A DNA stretch of 49,732 bases from Bacteroidaceae bacterium (GCA_016302435.1 JAEDNQ010000001.1:1-49732), one strand, 5' to 3'. Shown: positions 34,684 through 43,740, counted from the stretch's first letter. A program made the numbers and translations. Notes: generated by a model not told the origin, from the sequence alone.

Positions 34684-34691
34684 TATCTTTG
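34684..34691 (+). promoter_or_regulatory. Candidate -7 box (TATCTTTG) for feoAB
   Basis: TAnnTTTG match 88 nt upstream of the ATG at 34779, with a TTTG at 34664-34667 as a possible -33 element. Confidence 0.4.
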
Positions 34692-34778
34692 CACTCGAAA
34701 CGACAATCAGCCGTTCTGCCGAAGCAGCATTTCTGCATGTGCGGCATAAGGCGACGCAATACAAGATAAACAGAGACA

Positions 34779-37094
34779 ATGAGACTTTCTGACTTAACGA
34801 CAGGCCAGACGGGCGTCATCGTGCGCGTCATGGGCCACGGCGGTTTTCGCAAGCGAATCGTCGAGATGGGATTCATCAAGGGGCAGACAGTGGAGGTGGT
34901 GCTCAACGCTCCTCTGCGCGACCCTGTGACATATAAGATAATGGACTATGAGGTGAGCCTGCGCAAGGCAGAGGCAGACCTCATAGAGGTGGTGTGTGAG
35001 GAGGAAGCCAAAGAGTGGGAAGCAGCTCACCCCGCCCTCAAGGCTGTGGTGGCAGACAGCTGTGAGGACATCCTCCACCGTGTGGCGCGGCAGAAGGGCA
35101 AGGAGATAAATGCCGTCTTCGTGGGCAACCCCAACTGCGGCAAGACGAGCCTTTTCAACATGGCCTGCGGCGCTCACGAGCGAGTGGGCAACTACTCAGG
35201 AGTCACTGTCGACGCCAAGGAAGGCTCACTCGACTTCGAGGGGTATCACTTCTCCCTCATCGACCTGCCTGGCACCTATTCGCTCTCCACATACACGCCC
35301 GAAGAGCTCTACGTGAGAAAATACATCATAGAGCAGCACCCCGACATCATCATCAACGTCATCGACGCCAGCAACTTGGAGCGCAACCTCTATCTCACCA
35401 CCCAGCTCATCGACATGGACGTGCCCATGATCATAGCCCTCAACATGTACGACGAGCTCCGCGACAGCGGCAACCAGCTCGACACCCAGCAGCTCGGCAC
35501 ACTCCTCGGCGCACCCATCATACCTACCATAGCCAAAGAAGGGGTAGGAGTGAAGGAACTGCTCCATCAGGTCATAGAGATAGCAGAAGGCAAACAGAAG
35601 ATAGCTCGCCATATACATGTCAACCACGGCAAGCTCCTCGAAGACAACATCTCAGTCCTCGAACAGCTCATACGCAAGAATCCAGAGCCCCACCAGAACT
35701 ACTCAGTGCGTTTCCTCTCCATCAAGCTCCTTGAGAACGACCGCCAGGTGGAGAACATCGTCCGTCAGCTCGACAACAGCGACGAGATATTCAGCCAGCG
35801 TGACCTCTGCCAGCAGAATATACTCCGAGAGATAGACGAAGACAGCGAGTCGGCCATCACAGACGCCAAATATGGCTACATACAGGGCGCGCTGAAGGAG
35901 ACGTACAAGAGAGTGCAGAAGCACAAGCGAATGCTCACCAAGCGCATAGACGCTGTGGTGACCCATCAGATATGGGGCTTCCCCATCTTCTTCCTGCTCA
36001 TGTACCTCATGTTCTTCTGCACCTTCAACATAGGCCAGTACCCCATGGATCTCATCGACCTCATCGTAGGCTGGATAGGCGACGACGTGGGGGCTGTCAT
36101 GCCCGACGGACCTCTCAAGGACCTCATCACAGGCGGCATCATAGACGGAGTGGGCGGAGTCATTGTCTTCTTGCCCAACATCATGATTCTCTATGCCTTC
36201 ATCTCCTGGATGGAGGACAGCGGATATATGGCCCGTGCGGCCTTCATCATGGACAAGATAATGCACCGTATGGGACTGCACGGCAAGTCCTTCATCCCTA
36301 TGATAATGGGCTTCGGATGCAACATACCAGCCATCATGGCCACACGCACCATAGAAGACCGCAAGTCGCGCCTCATTACCATGCTCATCGTCCCCCTCAT
36401 GTCGTGCTCAGCACGTCTGCCCGTCTACATCATCATCATCACCGCATTCTTCCCAGCCCAGAAGGCACTCATGCTGCTTGCCATGTATCTTATAGGCATA
36501 GTCATCAGCATCCTTGTGGCCAAGGTGCTCAGCCGTTTTGTGATAAAGGGCGAGAGCAGTCCCTTCGTCATGGAACTTCCTCCCTACCGCCTGCCTTCAT
36601 GGACAAGCGTAGGTCGCCACACCTGGGAGAAGGGTAGGGAATATCTAAAGAAGATGGGCACCACCATCCTCGTGGCGAGCATAGCCATCTGGGGACTCAG
36701 CTATTTCCCCCATGATGCCTCGCTCAGCGAGGAGGAGCAGATAGAGATGAGCTACATAGGCCAGATAGGCAAGTGGATAGAGCCTGTGCTGCAGCCTTGC
36801 GGCATGGAGTGGAAAGAGGGCGTGGCCCTCATCACGGGTGTGGGAGCCAAAGAGATTGTTGCCAGCACCATGGCCGTGCTCTACCAGGGCGACTTCTCCC
36901 AGAGTGGCATCAGTCCTCTGAGTGCTTTCTGCCTCATGGTGTTTGTCCTGCTCTACATGCCCTGCATAGCTACATGCATCAGCATAAAGAATGAGTCGGG
37001 ACAGTGGAAGTGGGCCCTCTTCACTGCTGCCTACACGACGGCACTCGCGTGGGTGGTGACGACTGTCATCTTCCAGATAGGCAGTTTGATTTAG
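34779..37094 (+). CDS. feoB: Ferrous iron transporter, FeoA-FeoB fusion
   Basis: N-terminal FeoA-like domain (LSDLTTGQTGVIVRV...), G domain (GNPNCGKTSLFN, DLPG, NMYD) and a large polytopic C-terminal permease. Confidence 0.9.
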   Translation: MRLSDLTTGQTGVIVRVMGHGGFRKRIVEMGFIKGQTVEVVLNAPLRDPVTYKIMDYEVSLRKAEADLIEVVCEEEAKEWEAAHPALKAVVADSCEDILHRVARQKGKEINAVFVGNPNCGKTSLFNMACGAHERVGNYSGVTVDAKEGSLDFEGYHFSLIDLPGTYSLSTYTPEELYVRKYIIEQHPDIIINVIDASNLERNLYLTTQLIDMDVPMIIALNMYDELRDSGNQLDTQQLGTLLGAPIIPTIAKEGVGVKELLHQVIEIAEGKQKIARHIHVNHGKLLEDNISVLEQLIRKNPEPHQNYSVRFLSIKLLENDRQVENIVRQLDNSDEIFSQRDLCQQNILREIDEDSESAITDAKYGYIQGALKETYKRVQKHKRMLTKRIDAVVTHQIWGFPIFFLLMYLMFFCTFNIGQYPMDLIDLIVGWIGDDVGAVMPDGPLKDLITGGIIDGVGGVIVFLPNIMILYAFISWMEDSGYMARAAFIMDKIMHRMGLHGKSFIPMIMGFGCNIPAIMATRTIEDRKSRLITMLIVPLMSCSARLPVYIIIITAFFPAQKALMLLAMYLIGIVISILVAKVLSRFVIKGESSPFVMELPPYRLPSWTSVGRHTWEKGREYLKKMGTTILVASIAIWGLSYFPHDASLSEEEQIEMSYIGQIGKWIEPVLQPCGMEWKEGVALITGVGAKEIVASTMAVLYQGDFSQSGISPLSAFCLMVFVLLYMPCIATCISIKNESGQWKWALFTAAYTTALAWVVTTVIFQIGSLI

Positions 37095-37135
37095 GTCGCA
37101 CACACATATATAATATATATCTCGAGCAACGATAC

Positions 37136-37309
37136 ATGAGCATTCAGCATATCATAGTTTATATCATCTTAGCTTTGGCAGCAGCCTATATCATCAGGAA
37201 GGCTGTGAAGCATTTCTGCCGCAAGAAGGGAGATTCGCAGTGCAGCGGATGTCCCTTGGCTGACGGGTGTGGCAAGAAGTGCTGCGGATGCGATAGTCGA
37301 TGCAAGTGA
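37136..37309 (+). CDS. FeoB-associated Cys-rich small membrane protein
   Basis: 57 aa: one TM (IIVYIILALAAAYII) followed by a Cys-rich tail (CSGCPLADGCGKKCCGCDSRC). The upstream part of track ORF 37004..37309 overlaps feoB and was trimmed. Confidence 0.65.
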   Translation: MSIQHIIVYIILALAAAYIIRKAVKHFCRKKGDSQCSGCPLADGCGKKCCGCDSRCK

Positions 37310-37376
37310 GTGTCCAGCAAGACCGAGCTGCAATGAGCACAGGCGATAGGCTCGTCAGTCCCAAAGGAGCAATATG

Positions 37377-37413
37377 AAGCGGGAGCTATCCTTCTAAAGG
37401 GTAGCTCCCGCTT
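37377..37413 (+). terminator. Rho-independent terminator after the feo genes
   Basis: Perfect 12-bp stem AAGCGGGAGCTA / TAGCTCCCGCTT with a 13-nt loop, followed by GTGAGTTTTTC. Confidence 0.65.
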
Positions 37414-37531
37414 GTGAGTTTTTCTGTGTGTCTTTTGAATATGAATAAGAAGCGTTTTGTCAAAAGGATCACTTTCTTTGTGTGTGTGCGAGGAACTGCA
37501 CGAGAGGGTGCAGCAGTCTCTCTTTTTGCGC

Positions 37532-39106
37532 CTACTTGGTGTCTATCTCTTCAGTCATGATTATCTCGTTGCCCTTGTTGTCAACAAATTTATACTGGAG
37601 GAATCCAAGTTCCTGGCTTGGATATATCTTGACTCCGAGGCCGTATTTCATCTGCCATCTGAGGGCGAGGTTGAAGATGCCCTTGGTGATGTAGGCTTCC
37701 ACGTAGGGGTTGACGTATAGTTTGAACTTCTTCTGTCCAAGATGGTTGACGAGATAGTCAATCTTGTTCTCTAATGTGTCGGTGAAGAGTATGGAGGACT
37801 TGATGGTGCCCTTGCCGAAACATGTGGGGCAAACCTCTTCCACGTGGACGTCCATGGCTGGTCTCACTCGCTGGCGTGTTATCTGCATCAGTCCGAACTT
37901 GCTGAGGGGCAGTATGTTGTGTTTCGCTCTGTCGCCCTTCATGAGTTGGTTCATGTGTTCGTAGAGCTTCTGGTTGTGCTCCTGGCTGTCCATGTCTATG
38001 AAGTCGACGACGATGATGCCGCCCATATCTCTGAGCCTGAGCTGGCGTGCGAGTTCTTCTGCTGCGCCCATGTTGACCATGAAGGCGTTCTCTTCTTGGT
38101 TTTCTGCTCCCCTGTTGCGGTTGCCTGAGTTGACGTCTACGACGTGGAGTGCCTCTGTATGTTCAATGATGAGGTATGCGCCGTGTTTGTAGCTCACGGT
38201 GCGTCCCATGCCAGACTTTATTTGCTTGGTCACACCGAAGTTGTCAAAGATGGGCACGTTGCCCTTGTAGAGCTTGACGATGGACACTCTTTCGGGGGCG
38301 ATGAGTGACACGTAGTTTTTTACTTCCTCGAAGACAACCTCGTTGTTTACGATGATGCTTTCGTAAGAGGGGTTGAACAGGTCGCGGAGCATAGACACTG
38401 TGCGGCCAGTTTCTTCGTGTGCAAGTACTGGCAGACTTGTAGCTTTCTGTATTTTGGCTATGCAGTCGTTCCAGGCTTTGACAAGGAGTGTGAGCTCATT
38501 GTTGAGTTCTGCAGCCCTCTTGCCTTCGGCTACTGTGCGAACGATGACTCCAAAGTTGCGTGGTTTGATGCTCTGTATGAGCTGCTTGAGGCGCGTGCGC
38601 TCCTCTTTCGATTTGATCTTGCTGCTTACGTTGACTTTGTCTGCGTAGGGGATGAGGACGAGGAAGCGTCCTGCGAAGGAGATTTCTCCTGTGAGCCTCG
38701 GACCCTTGGTGTTGATGGGCTCCTTGGTTATCTGCACCATGATGGGCTGGCCTACTTCGAGCACGTCTTGTATGCTACCCGTTTTCTGCACCTCCTGTTT
38801 GACTGCAGCCTTGTCCATGGGCGCAAGTTTTCTTTTGTCGCTGACTACTTGCTTAGTGAATTTTTCGAGCGAGAGAAATTGCTTGCCAAGATCCTGATAG
38901 TGTAGAAATGCTTCTTTTTCATGACCCACATCGACGAAACAGGCATTGAGAGCCGGCATGAGCTTCTTGACCTTGCCGGCATAGATGTTGCCTACAGAGA
39001 ATTTTGTCTCGTTTCCTTCTTTCTGATACTCTACGAGCTTTTGGTCTTCGAGCAGGGCGATGGTCACTTCTGTAGGTTTGGCATCGATGATAAGTTCGCT
39101 GGTCAT
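37532..39106 (-). CDS. rng: Ribonuclease G (Rne/Rng family)
   Basis: N-terminal S1 domain (GNIYAGKVKKLMPALNACFVDVG) and RNase E/G catalytic core (IIVDFIDM). The 524-aa size fits RNase G. Confidence 0.85.
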   Translation of the reverse strand: MTSELIIDAKPTEVTIALLEDQKLVEYQKEGNETKFSVGNIYAGKVKKLMPALNACFVDVGHEKEAFLHYQDLGKQFLSLEKFTKQVVSDKRKLAPMDKAAVKQEVQKTGSIQDVLEVGQPIMVQITKEPINTKGPRLTGEISFAGRFLVLIPYADKVNVSSKIKSKEERTRLKQLIQSIKPRNFGVIVRTVAEGKRAAELNNELTLLVKAWNDCIAKIQKATSLPVLAHEETGRTVSMLRDLFNPSYESIIVNNEVVFEEVKNYVSLIAPERVSIVKLYKGNVPIFDNFGVTKQIKSGMGRTVSYKHGAYLIIEHTEALHVVDVNSGNRNRGAENQEENAFMVNMGAAEELARQLRLRDMGGIIVVDFIDMDSQEHNQKLYEHMNQLMKGDRAKHNILPLSKFGLMQITRQRVRPAMDVHVEEVCPTCFGKGTIKSSILFTDTLENKIDYLVNHLGQKKFKLYVNPYVEAYITKGIFNLALRWQMKYGLGVKIYPSQELGFLQYKFVDNKGNEIIMTEEIDTK

Positions 39107-39228
39107 TCTTGCTTTCCTTGTAGTGTGAGTTTTGATTGTGGGGCGTTAAGCTGGCGCTTGTGAAAAGCTCGCTCTATGGCTTGCCATTAGTGGCTCGTGG
39201 GCTTGCTGCATGTTGCGCCTTCTTACAG

Positions 39229-39291
39229 AAAAAGAGCATCCCGTCGTTGTACCCTCAAAATGGGGAATGCATTGATGGGGTATGCTCTTTT
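39229..39291 (-). terminator. Possible terminator after the small basic ORF
   Basis: Stem AAAAAGAGCAT..CCC / GGG..ATGCTCTTTT with a large loop, followed by a T-run on the minus strand. Confidence 0.35.
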
Positions 39292-39349
39292 CTTTTTCTT
39301 GCTGTCAAGTGTGCAAGTTAGGTGGGGAGGAGGCTATGCCTGCTGCTCA

Positions 39350-39439
39350 CTACTTGCTCTTGTGACGATTCTTTCTCAGTCTCTTCTTGCGCTTGTGAGT
39401 TGAAATCTTGTGTCTTTTCTTTTTCTTACCGTTTGGCAT
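39350..39439 (-). CDS. 29-aa highly basic protein, ribosomal bS22-like (AURKAIP1/mS38-type)
   Basis: My own translation is MPNGKKKKRHKISTHKRKKRLRKNRHKSK followed by TAG. It is absent from the ORF track, where every listed ORF is 60 aa or longer. A -7 box lies 87 nt upstream. The pattern resembles mycobacterial bS22 (..KKRRKRMSKKKHRKLLRR..) as I recall it. Confidence 0.5.
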   Translation of the reverse strand: MPNGKKKKRHKISTHKRKKRLRKNRHKSK

Positions 39440-39525
39440 AGTTGTTGATTTTTTTAATTGTTTATAATAATATGTTTATTGTGTTTTTATCTGATATAGG
39501 CACAGAGGTGCGTCCATTTGAAGTG

Positions 39526-39533
39526 CAAAATTA
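39526..39533 (-). promoter_or_regulatory. Candidate -7 box (TAATTTTG)
   Basis: CAAAATTA on the plus strand, upstream of the 29-aa ORF and rng. Confidence 0.4.
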
Positions 39534-39608
39534 GTTCTTTTTCTCGAAAGTAGAAAATTTTTTTTGATAAATATGTTGATTTTGTCGTGAAATATCAAAT
39601 ATAAACCC

Positions 39609-39616
39609 TAAATTTG
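39609..39616 (+). promoter_or_regulatory. Candidate -7 box (TAAATTTG)
   Basis: 25 nt upstream of the ATG at 39641. Confidence 0.4.
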
Positions 39617-39640
39617 CATTCAAAATCATCATACCAATAT

Positions 39641-41044
39641 ATGAATAAGACATTTTTCTCACTTTCCATAGCCTTCTGCTGCGCCTCCCTCGCGCCATGT
39701 CTCAGCCATGCCCAGACATCCTATCGTCAGCTCCAGGCATTGCGCAAGCAGCGTCAGAAGGCCGTCGCTCAGTATGGCCAGTCGGCCACCGGCATTGTGA
39801 GCAGATACCGCAACTCGCTTGCCGCGTCTGTGCCTCATGGCGTGGCTGATGCCGTCTCCCTTGACAGCATGACGCTGTCGCCCTACATGTTTCCGGTCAT
39901 CGGTCCAGGCGTGTATTACAAGTCGGTAACAGCCGATGTGTTTGGTCTCGACTACCGTATGCCTGGCGATGATGCGGCGACAGCAGTGTCGCCAGCCATG
40001 GCCTATCGCGAGATGATGGGCGACAACATCCAGCATGCGCTTTCGGGAGCTTATGCTGCCAGTCCGTGGCTCTTCAGCTACAATGATGACATGATAGACA
40101 GGGAAGAAGTTATCGAAGACACAAAGCCTGTCACGGAGGTTAAGCCCGAGGACTTAGACAAGATGTACAGCAAGGTGGATGAGATAACGGACGTGAAGGA
40201 CGTGGTGTCAGACATGACCATCGACCTCAAGATAGAAAAACCCAACTTCTGGTCTACCAAGTGCGAATTCAACTTCAAGTTCTCTCAAAACTACTTCTCC
40301 GAGCAATGGTATAAGGGAGGAAACAACAATGTGAACCTCTTCACCAATCTCATCCTTGAGGCCAACTACAATGACCAGAAGGCCATACAATGGGACAACA
40401 AGCTCGATATGCGCCTCGGATTCATTACCGCTTCGTCCGACTCAATTCACAATTTCCTCACGTCCGACGACCGCATATATCTCTTCTCCAAGCTCGGCGT
40501 GCGAGCAGTGGAAAACTGGTATTACACCCTCTCCACAGAAGCTAAGACACAGTTCTTGCCAGGCTACCGCAGCAACGACCGCAACACTTATTCAGACTTC
40601 CTTGCCCCTCTCGACGCGTACGTGGCGATCGGTATTGACTTCAAACCGAAGCTGAAGAACGGCAATTCACTATCAGCCGTCTTGCAGCCGCTGACGTATA
40701 AGATAAGGTATATAGGAGCCGAGGACGAGACAATCCACGCTTCCTACAACATGCGAGACAAAGATTTCCAGCAGGACTTCGGTTCGAAGGTCGAGGTGAA
40801 TGCGTTCGTCAACGTCATGAAGAATTTCACATGGCGTTCACGCCTTTTCTTCTTCACGTCATACGAATATGTCGAGTCTGAGTGGGAGAACAATTTCTCC
40901 TTCAGCTTCAACAAGTATATCAAGGCCGACCTCTACACTACTTGGAGATTTGACGACAACCGTAACAAGAAGTACTATGACAGCACTCTCGGCTATTTCC
41001 AGTTCAAGGAGACCTTCATGCTGGGTCTGACCTACTCTTTCTGA
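39641..41044 (+). CDS. Hypothetical outer-membrane beta-barrel protein (DUF3078-like, from memory)
   Basis: Signal peptide MNKTFFSLSIAFCCASLAPCLSHAQ, beta-strand-rich C-terminal 300 aa ending in the aromatic LTYSF. The start was moved from 39614 to the ATG at 39641. Confidence 0.5.
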   Translation: MNKTFFSLSIAFCCASLAPCLSHAQTSYRQLQALRKQRQKAVAQYGQSATGIVSRYRNSLAASVPHGVADAVSLDSMTLSPYMFPVIGPGVYYKSVTADVFGLDYRMPGDDAATAVSPAMAYREMMGDNIQHALSGAYAASPWLFSYNDDMIDREEVIEDTKPVTEVKPEDLDKMYSKVDEITDVKDVVSDMTIDLKIEKPNFWSTKCEFNFKFSQNYFSEQWYKGGNNNVNLFTNLILEANYNDQKAIQWDNKLDMRLGFITASSDSIHNFLTSDDRIYLFSKLGVRAVENWYYTLSTEAKTQFLPGYRSNDRNTYSDFLAPLDAYVAIGIDFKPKLKNGNSLSAVLQPLTYKIRYIGAEDETIHASYNMRDKDFQQDFGSKVEVNAFVNVMKNFTWRSRLFFFTSYEYVESEWENNFSFSFNKYIKADLYTTWRFDDNRNKKYYDSTLGYFQFKETFMLGLTYSF

Positions 41045-41064
41045 AGAAAGAGTGGGACGCCACC

Positions 41065-41147
41065 ACTTTCCATCTGGAGATGAACATTGCGAACGTTCCT
41101 GCCTTTCCATCCTGAGCGTTCGCCATGTTCATCTCCAGATGGAAAGT
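41065..41147. repeat. Long inverted repeat (31-bp arms, 21-nt loop), possibly a terminator
   Basis: ACTTTCCATCTGGAGATGAACATTGCGAACG (41065-41095) pairs with CGTTCGCCATGTTCATCTCCAGATGGAAAGT (41117-41147), 30 of 31 complementary. Confidence 0.85.
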
Positions 41148-41576
41148 TTATCGGACACAAATATTGTTGAGGTGGTTTCTATAAATTCCCACCGTCAAAA
41201 GGCTTGATATTTATGTTTGAATTCTTCTTCCTCACTTGCGACTCGGCATAACCCAAACAAGTTTGGCTTCTGCTCTCGCTGCTCATTCGGTCGACGGTTT
41301 GCCATCTTTTCATTTCTCTCTGGCGCATACTGCCAGTTTTCTCAGTCACGATGCCCGCATCGCTCCCTCAAAAACTGACACTCTGCTCTCAGAGATAAAT
41401 TGAAAATCTGACAAAGCGAATTAATAGAACCCACATTGATTTAATTCTATTAGTACGACAAATATAAGGATATTGTCCGATAGGGCAAAAGGATGGGGGA
41501 ATTTTTTTTGAGGGGAAGTGAGGAGAGGTAAATGTTAAACGACATATTACAGCATAGTAAAGTGGGACAGAAAGAC

Positions 41577-41611
41577 AAAAGCAATCCTCGTGGTGCACGT
41601 GGATTGCTTTT
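41577..41611 (-). terminator. Terminator after dnaJ
   Basis: Perfect 11-bp stem AAAAGCAATCC / GGATTGCTTTT with a 13-nt loop. TTTTGTCTTTCTG follows on the minus strand. Confidence 0.55.
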
Positions 41612-41696
41612 GTGTAGTATATTGAAGTATGGGGGTAACAATGATGTTATCCCTTATGTTATGGGCACTGTCGTGGTGTGGGGCAGGCGTGGATGC

Positions 41697-42872
41697 TTAT
41701 TTCTTGAAATAAGCGCGGAAGTGTTTGAAGATTTTATCCTTGATGCTGTTTGAGGGCGAGATGTTGTCGCTGCCGGCGAGAGTCTCGATGGCTTTGCGCT
41801 CGTCCTTGGAGAGTGTCTCGGGGATGTAGACGCTGATGTTGATGATCTCGTCTCCTCGCTGGTTGTAGCCGTTGATGTCGGGTATGCCCTTGTTGCGGAG
41901 TCGGAGGACAGTTCCGGGCTGTGTGCCTGAGGGGATGGTGACCTTGGCTTTGCCGTCGACGGTGGGCACTTCAAGAGATATGCCGAGTGCGGCTTGGGGA
42001 ATGGTGAGGAGGAGGTTGTAGACGAGGTCGCAGCCGTCGCGCACGAGTTCGGGGTGTGGCTTCTCCTGCACTACTATCTGTAGGTCGCCGTCTATTCCGT
42101 TGCGGCGTCCAGCTCCTCCCTTGCCCTTGAAGTTGTAGGCATAGCCTTCCACGAGGCCTGCAGGGAGTTCGAGCTCCACCTGCTTCTCGCCCTTGACGAT
42201 GCCTTCGCCGCCACAGTGGGGACACTTGTTTTTGATGATGGTGCCTTCGCCCTGGCACTGGTCGCAGACTGTCTGAGTCTGCATGACTCCGAGCATTGTC
42301 TGACGTGTCTTGTAGACGACACCCTGTCCGTGGCAGGAGGGGCACTGCTCTTCTTTGCCGTCTTCAGAGCCTGAACCGCCACAGTGGGGGCACTTGATGT
42401 CGGTCTTGAGGTTGAACTTCTTTGTGACGCCTTTGACTATCTCGTCTAAGCTGAGCTCGATGCGCATGCGCAGGTCGCGACCCTTGTAGACGGGCTTGCG
42501 TCGCTGTCCGCCTCCGAAGCCGTTGCCTCCGAAGCCTCCAAAACCGCCAAAGCCTCCGAAGCCGGCTCCGCCAAAGATGTCGCCGAAGGCACTGAAGATG
42601 TCGTCCATCGACATGCCTTGTCCGTCGCCGAAGCCGCCTGCTCCTGGACCGAAGGCGTCGGGACCGAACTGGTCGTAGCGCGCGCGTTTGTCGGGGTCGC
42701 GGAGCACATCGTAGGCTTCTGCTGCCTCTTTGAACTTGGCCTCAGCCTCTTTATTGTCTGGGTTGCGGTCGGGGTGGTACTTGATGGCCATCTTCTTGTA
42801 GGCCTTCTTTATCTCGTCTGCGGAAGCTGTCTTGGACACTCCCAGTATCTCGTAGTAGTCTTTCTTTGCCAT
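41697..42872 (-). CDS. dnaJ: Molecular chaperone DnaJ
   Basis: J domain with HPD (KYHPDRNP), Gly/Phe-rich linker, and four CxxCxGxG repeats ([32 protein letters not shown]). Confidence 0.95.
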   Translation of the reverse strand: MAKKDYYEILGVSKTASADEIKKAYKKMAIKYHPDRNPDNKEAEAKFKEAAEAYDVLRDPDKRARYDQFGPDAFGPGAGGFGDGQGMSMDDIFSAFGDIFGGAGFGGFGGFGGFGGNGFGGGQRRKPVYKGRDLRMRIELSLDEIVKGVTKKFNLKTDIKCPHCGGSGSEDGKEEQCPSCHGQGVVYKTRQTMLGVMQTQTVCDQCQGEGTIIKNKCPHCGGEGIVKGEKQVELELPAGLVEGYAYNFKGKGGAGRRNGIDGDLQIVVQEKPHPELVRDGCDLVYNLLLTIPQAALGISLEVPTVDGKAKVTIPSGTQPGTVLRLRNKGIPDINGYNQRGDEIINISVYIPETLSKDERKAIETLAGSDNISPSNSIKDKIFKHFRAYFKK

Positions 42873-42929
42873 GTGGGAATATGTGGGGTTTCATAAATGT
42901 GCGGAGGACAAAAGACCGCAAAGGTAATT

Positions 42930-42937
42930 CAAAAATA
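42930..42937 (-). promoter_or_regulatory. Candidate -7 box (TATTTTTG) for dnaJ
   Basis: CAAAAATA on the plus strand, about 58 nt upstream of the dnaJ start. Confidence 0.4.
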
Positions 42938-42961
42938 GAATTGTAATTAATAGAATCTACA

Positions 42962-43008
42962 TTTATTGCATTTTATTTGAACCTGCCTTTATTGCCTTTT
43001 TTTGAACC
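42962..43008. repeat. Direct repeat x2 (about 21-22 bp) upstream of dnaJ
   Basis: TTTATTGCATTTTATTTGAACC (42962-42983) and TTTATTGCCTTTTTTTGAACC (42988-43008). Confidence 0.8.
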
Positions 43009-43084
43009 AGCATAAGCACGTCGAAGCGATGAGGGCTTGTGGGCTCTCGTCGCTTGGCGTGCTTGGCTGGCTAGTCTTTCTGTT

Positions 43085-43660
43085 TTATTCGGCTACGGCT
43101 ACCTTGGCGTAGCGGATGACTTTGTCGTTAAGAGTGTAGCCTGCTGTCAAGCAGTCGATGACTTTGCCTTTCTGGTCAGCAGGCAGACCTGGCACCATGG
43201 CTATGGCCTCGTGGAGGTCGGAGCAGAAGTCGGTGCCGACGACTTCCATCTTCTTGAGTCCTTCCTGAGCGAGGAGCTTGAAAAACTTGTCTATTATGAG
43301 TGAGAGTCCTTCGCGCAGGGCGGCTACGTCTTCGTATTTGTCCATGTTCTCTTGTGCGCGCTCGAGGTCGTCAATGATGGGGAGGAGGGTAGTGATGACT
43401 TTTGATCCGCCGTTCTTGATGAGCTCGGCTTTTTCTTGCATGACGCGCTTGCGGAAGTTGTCAAACTCGGCTGCCTTGTAGAGCTGCTGTTTCTTTAGCT
43501 CTTCTATCTGTGCATAGAGTTTGGCTATCTGTGCCTCGGGTGTGTCTGGGGCTTCTTCCTGTGAGGGTGTGTCGGCAGAGGTCTTGTTGGCAGTGTTGAC
43601 TGTGTCTTTCTCTGTCTCAGGAGTTGATTCCTGTGTTGGGTCTTTTATGTCTTTTTCCAT
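43085..43660 (-). CDS. grpE: Nucleotide exchange factor GrpE
   Basis: Acidic N-terminus, coiled coil (LKKQQLYKAAEFDNFRKR) and C-terminal beta domain (GYTLNDKVIRYAKV). Confidence 0.9.
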   Translation of the reverse strand: MEKDIKDPTQESTPETEKDTVNTANKTSADTPSQEEAPDTPEAQIAKLYAQIEELKKQQLYKAAEFDNFRKRVMQEKAELIKNGGSKVITTLLPIIDDLERAQENMDKYEDVAALREGLSLIIDKFFKLLAQEGLKKMEVVGTDFCSDLHEAIAMVPGLPADQKGKVIDCLTAGYTLNDKVIRYAKVAVAE

Positions 43661-43740
43661 AATTCGTGTGTGTGTTTAGTTAGTGGACTTCCCTGTCTTG
43701 TTGCGGGAACAGGTAAGGGAACATGTGAGTATGACACCAA

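Noticed and set aside
34505-34906. 133-aa minus-strand ORF across the gmd/feoAB divergent promoter region.
   Set aside because: It spans two candidate -7 boxes and the feoA start. Its translation has no features, so it is most likely non-coding.
41389-41641. Two overlapping 63-69-aa minus-strand ORFs in the large spacer.
   Set aside because: They have no motifs and no promoter or terminator logic, and they overlap the dnaJ terminator hairpin. The region is kept only as part of the ORF-free-region finding.
41695-41714. 8-bp palindrome GCTTATTT-CTTG-AAATAAGC at the dnaJ stop.
   Set aside because: It lies within the last dnaJ codons and the stop. It is too short and AT-rich to be called a structure, and a better terminator hairpin lies downstream at 41577-41611.
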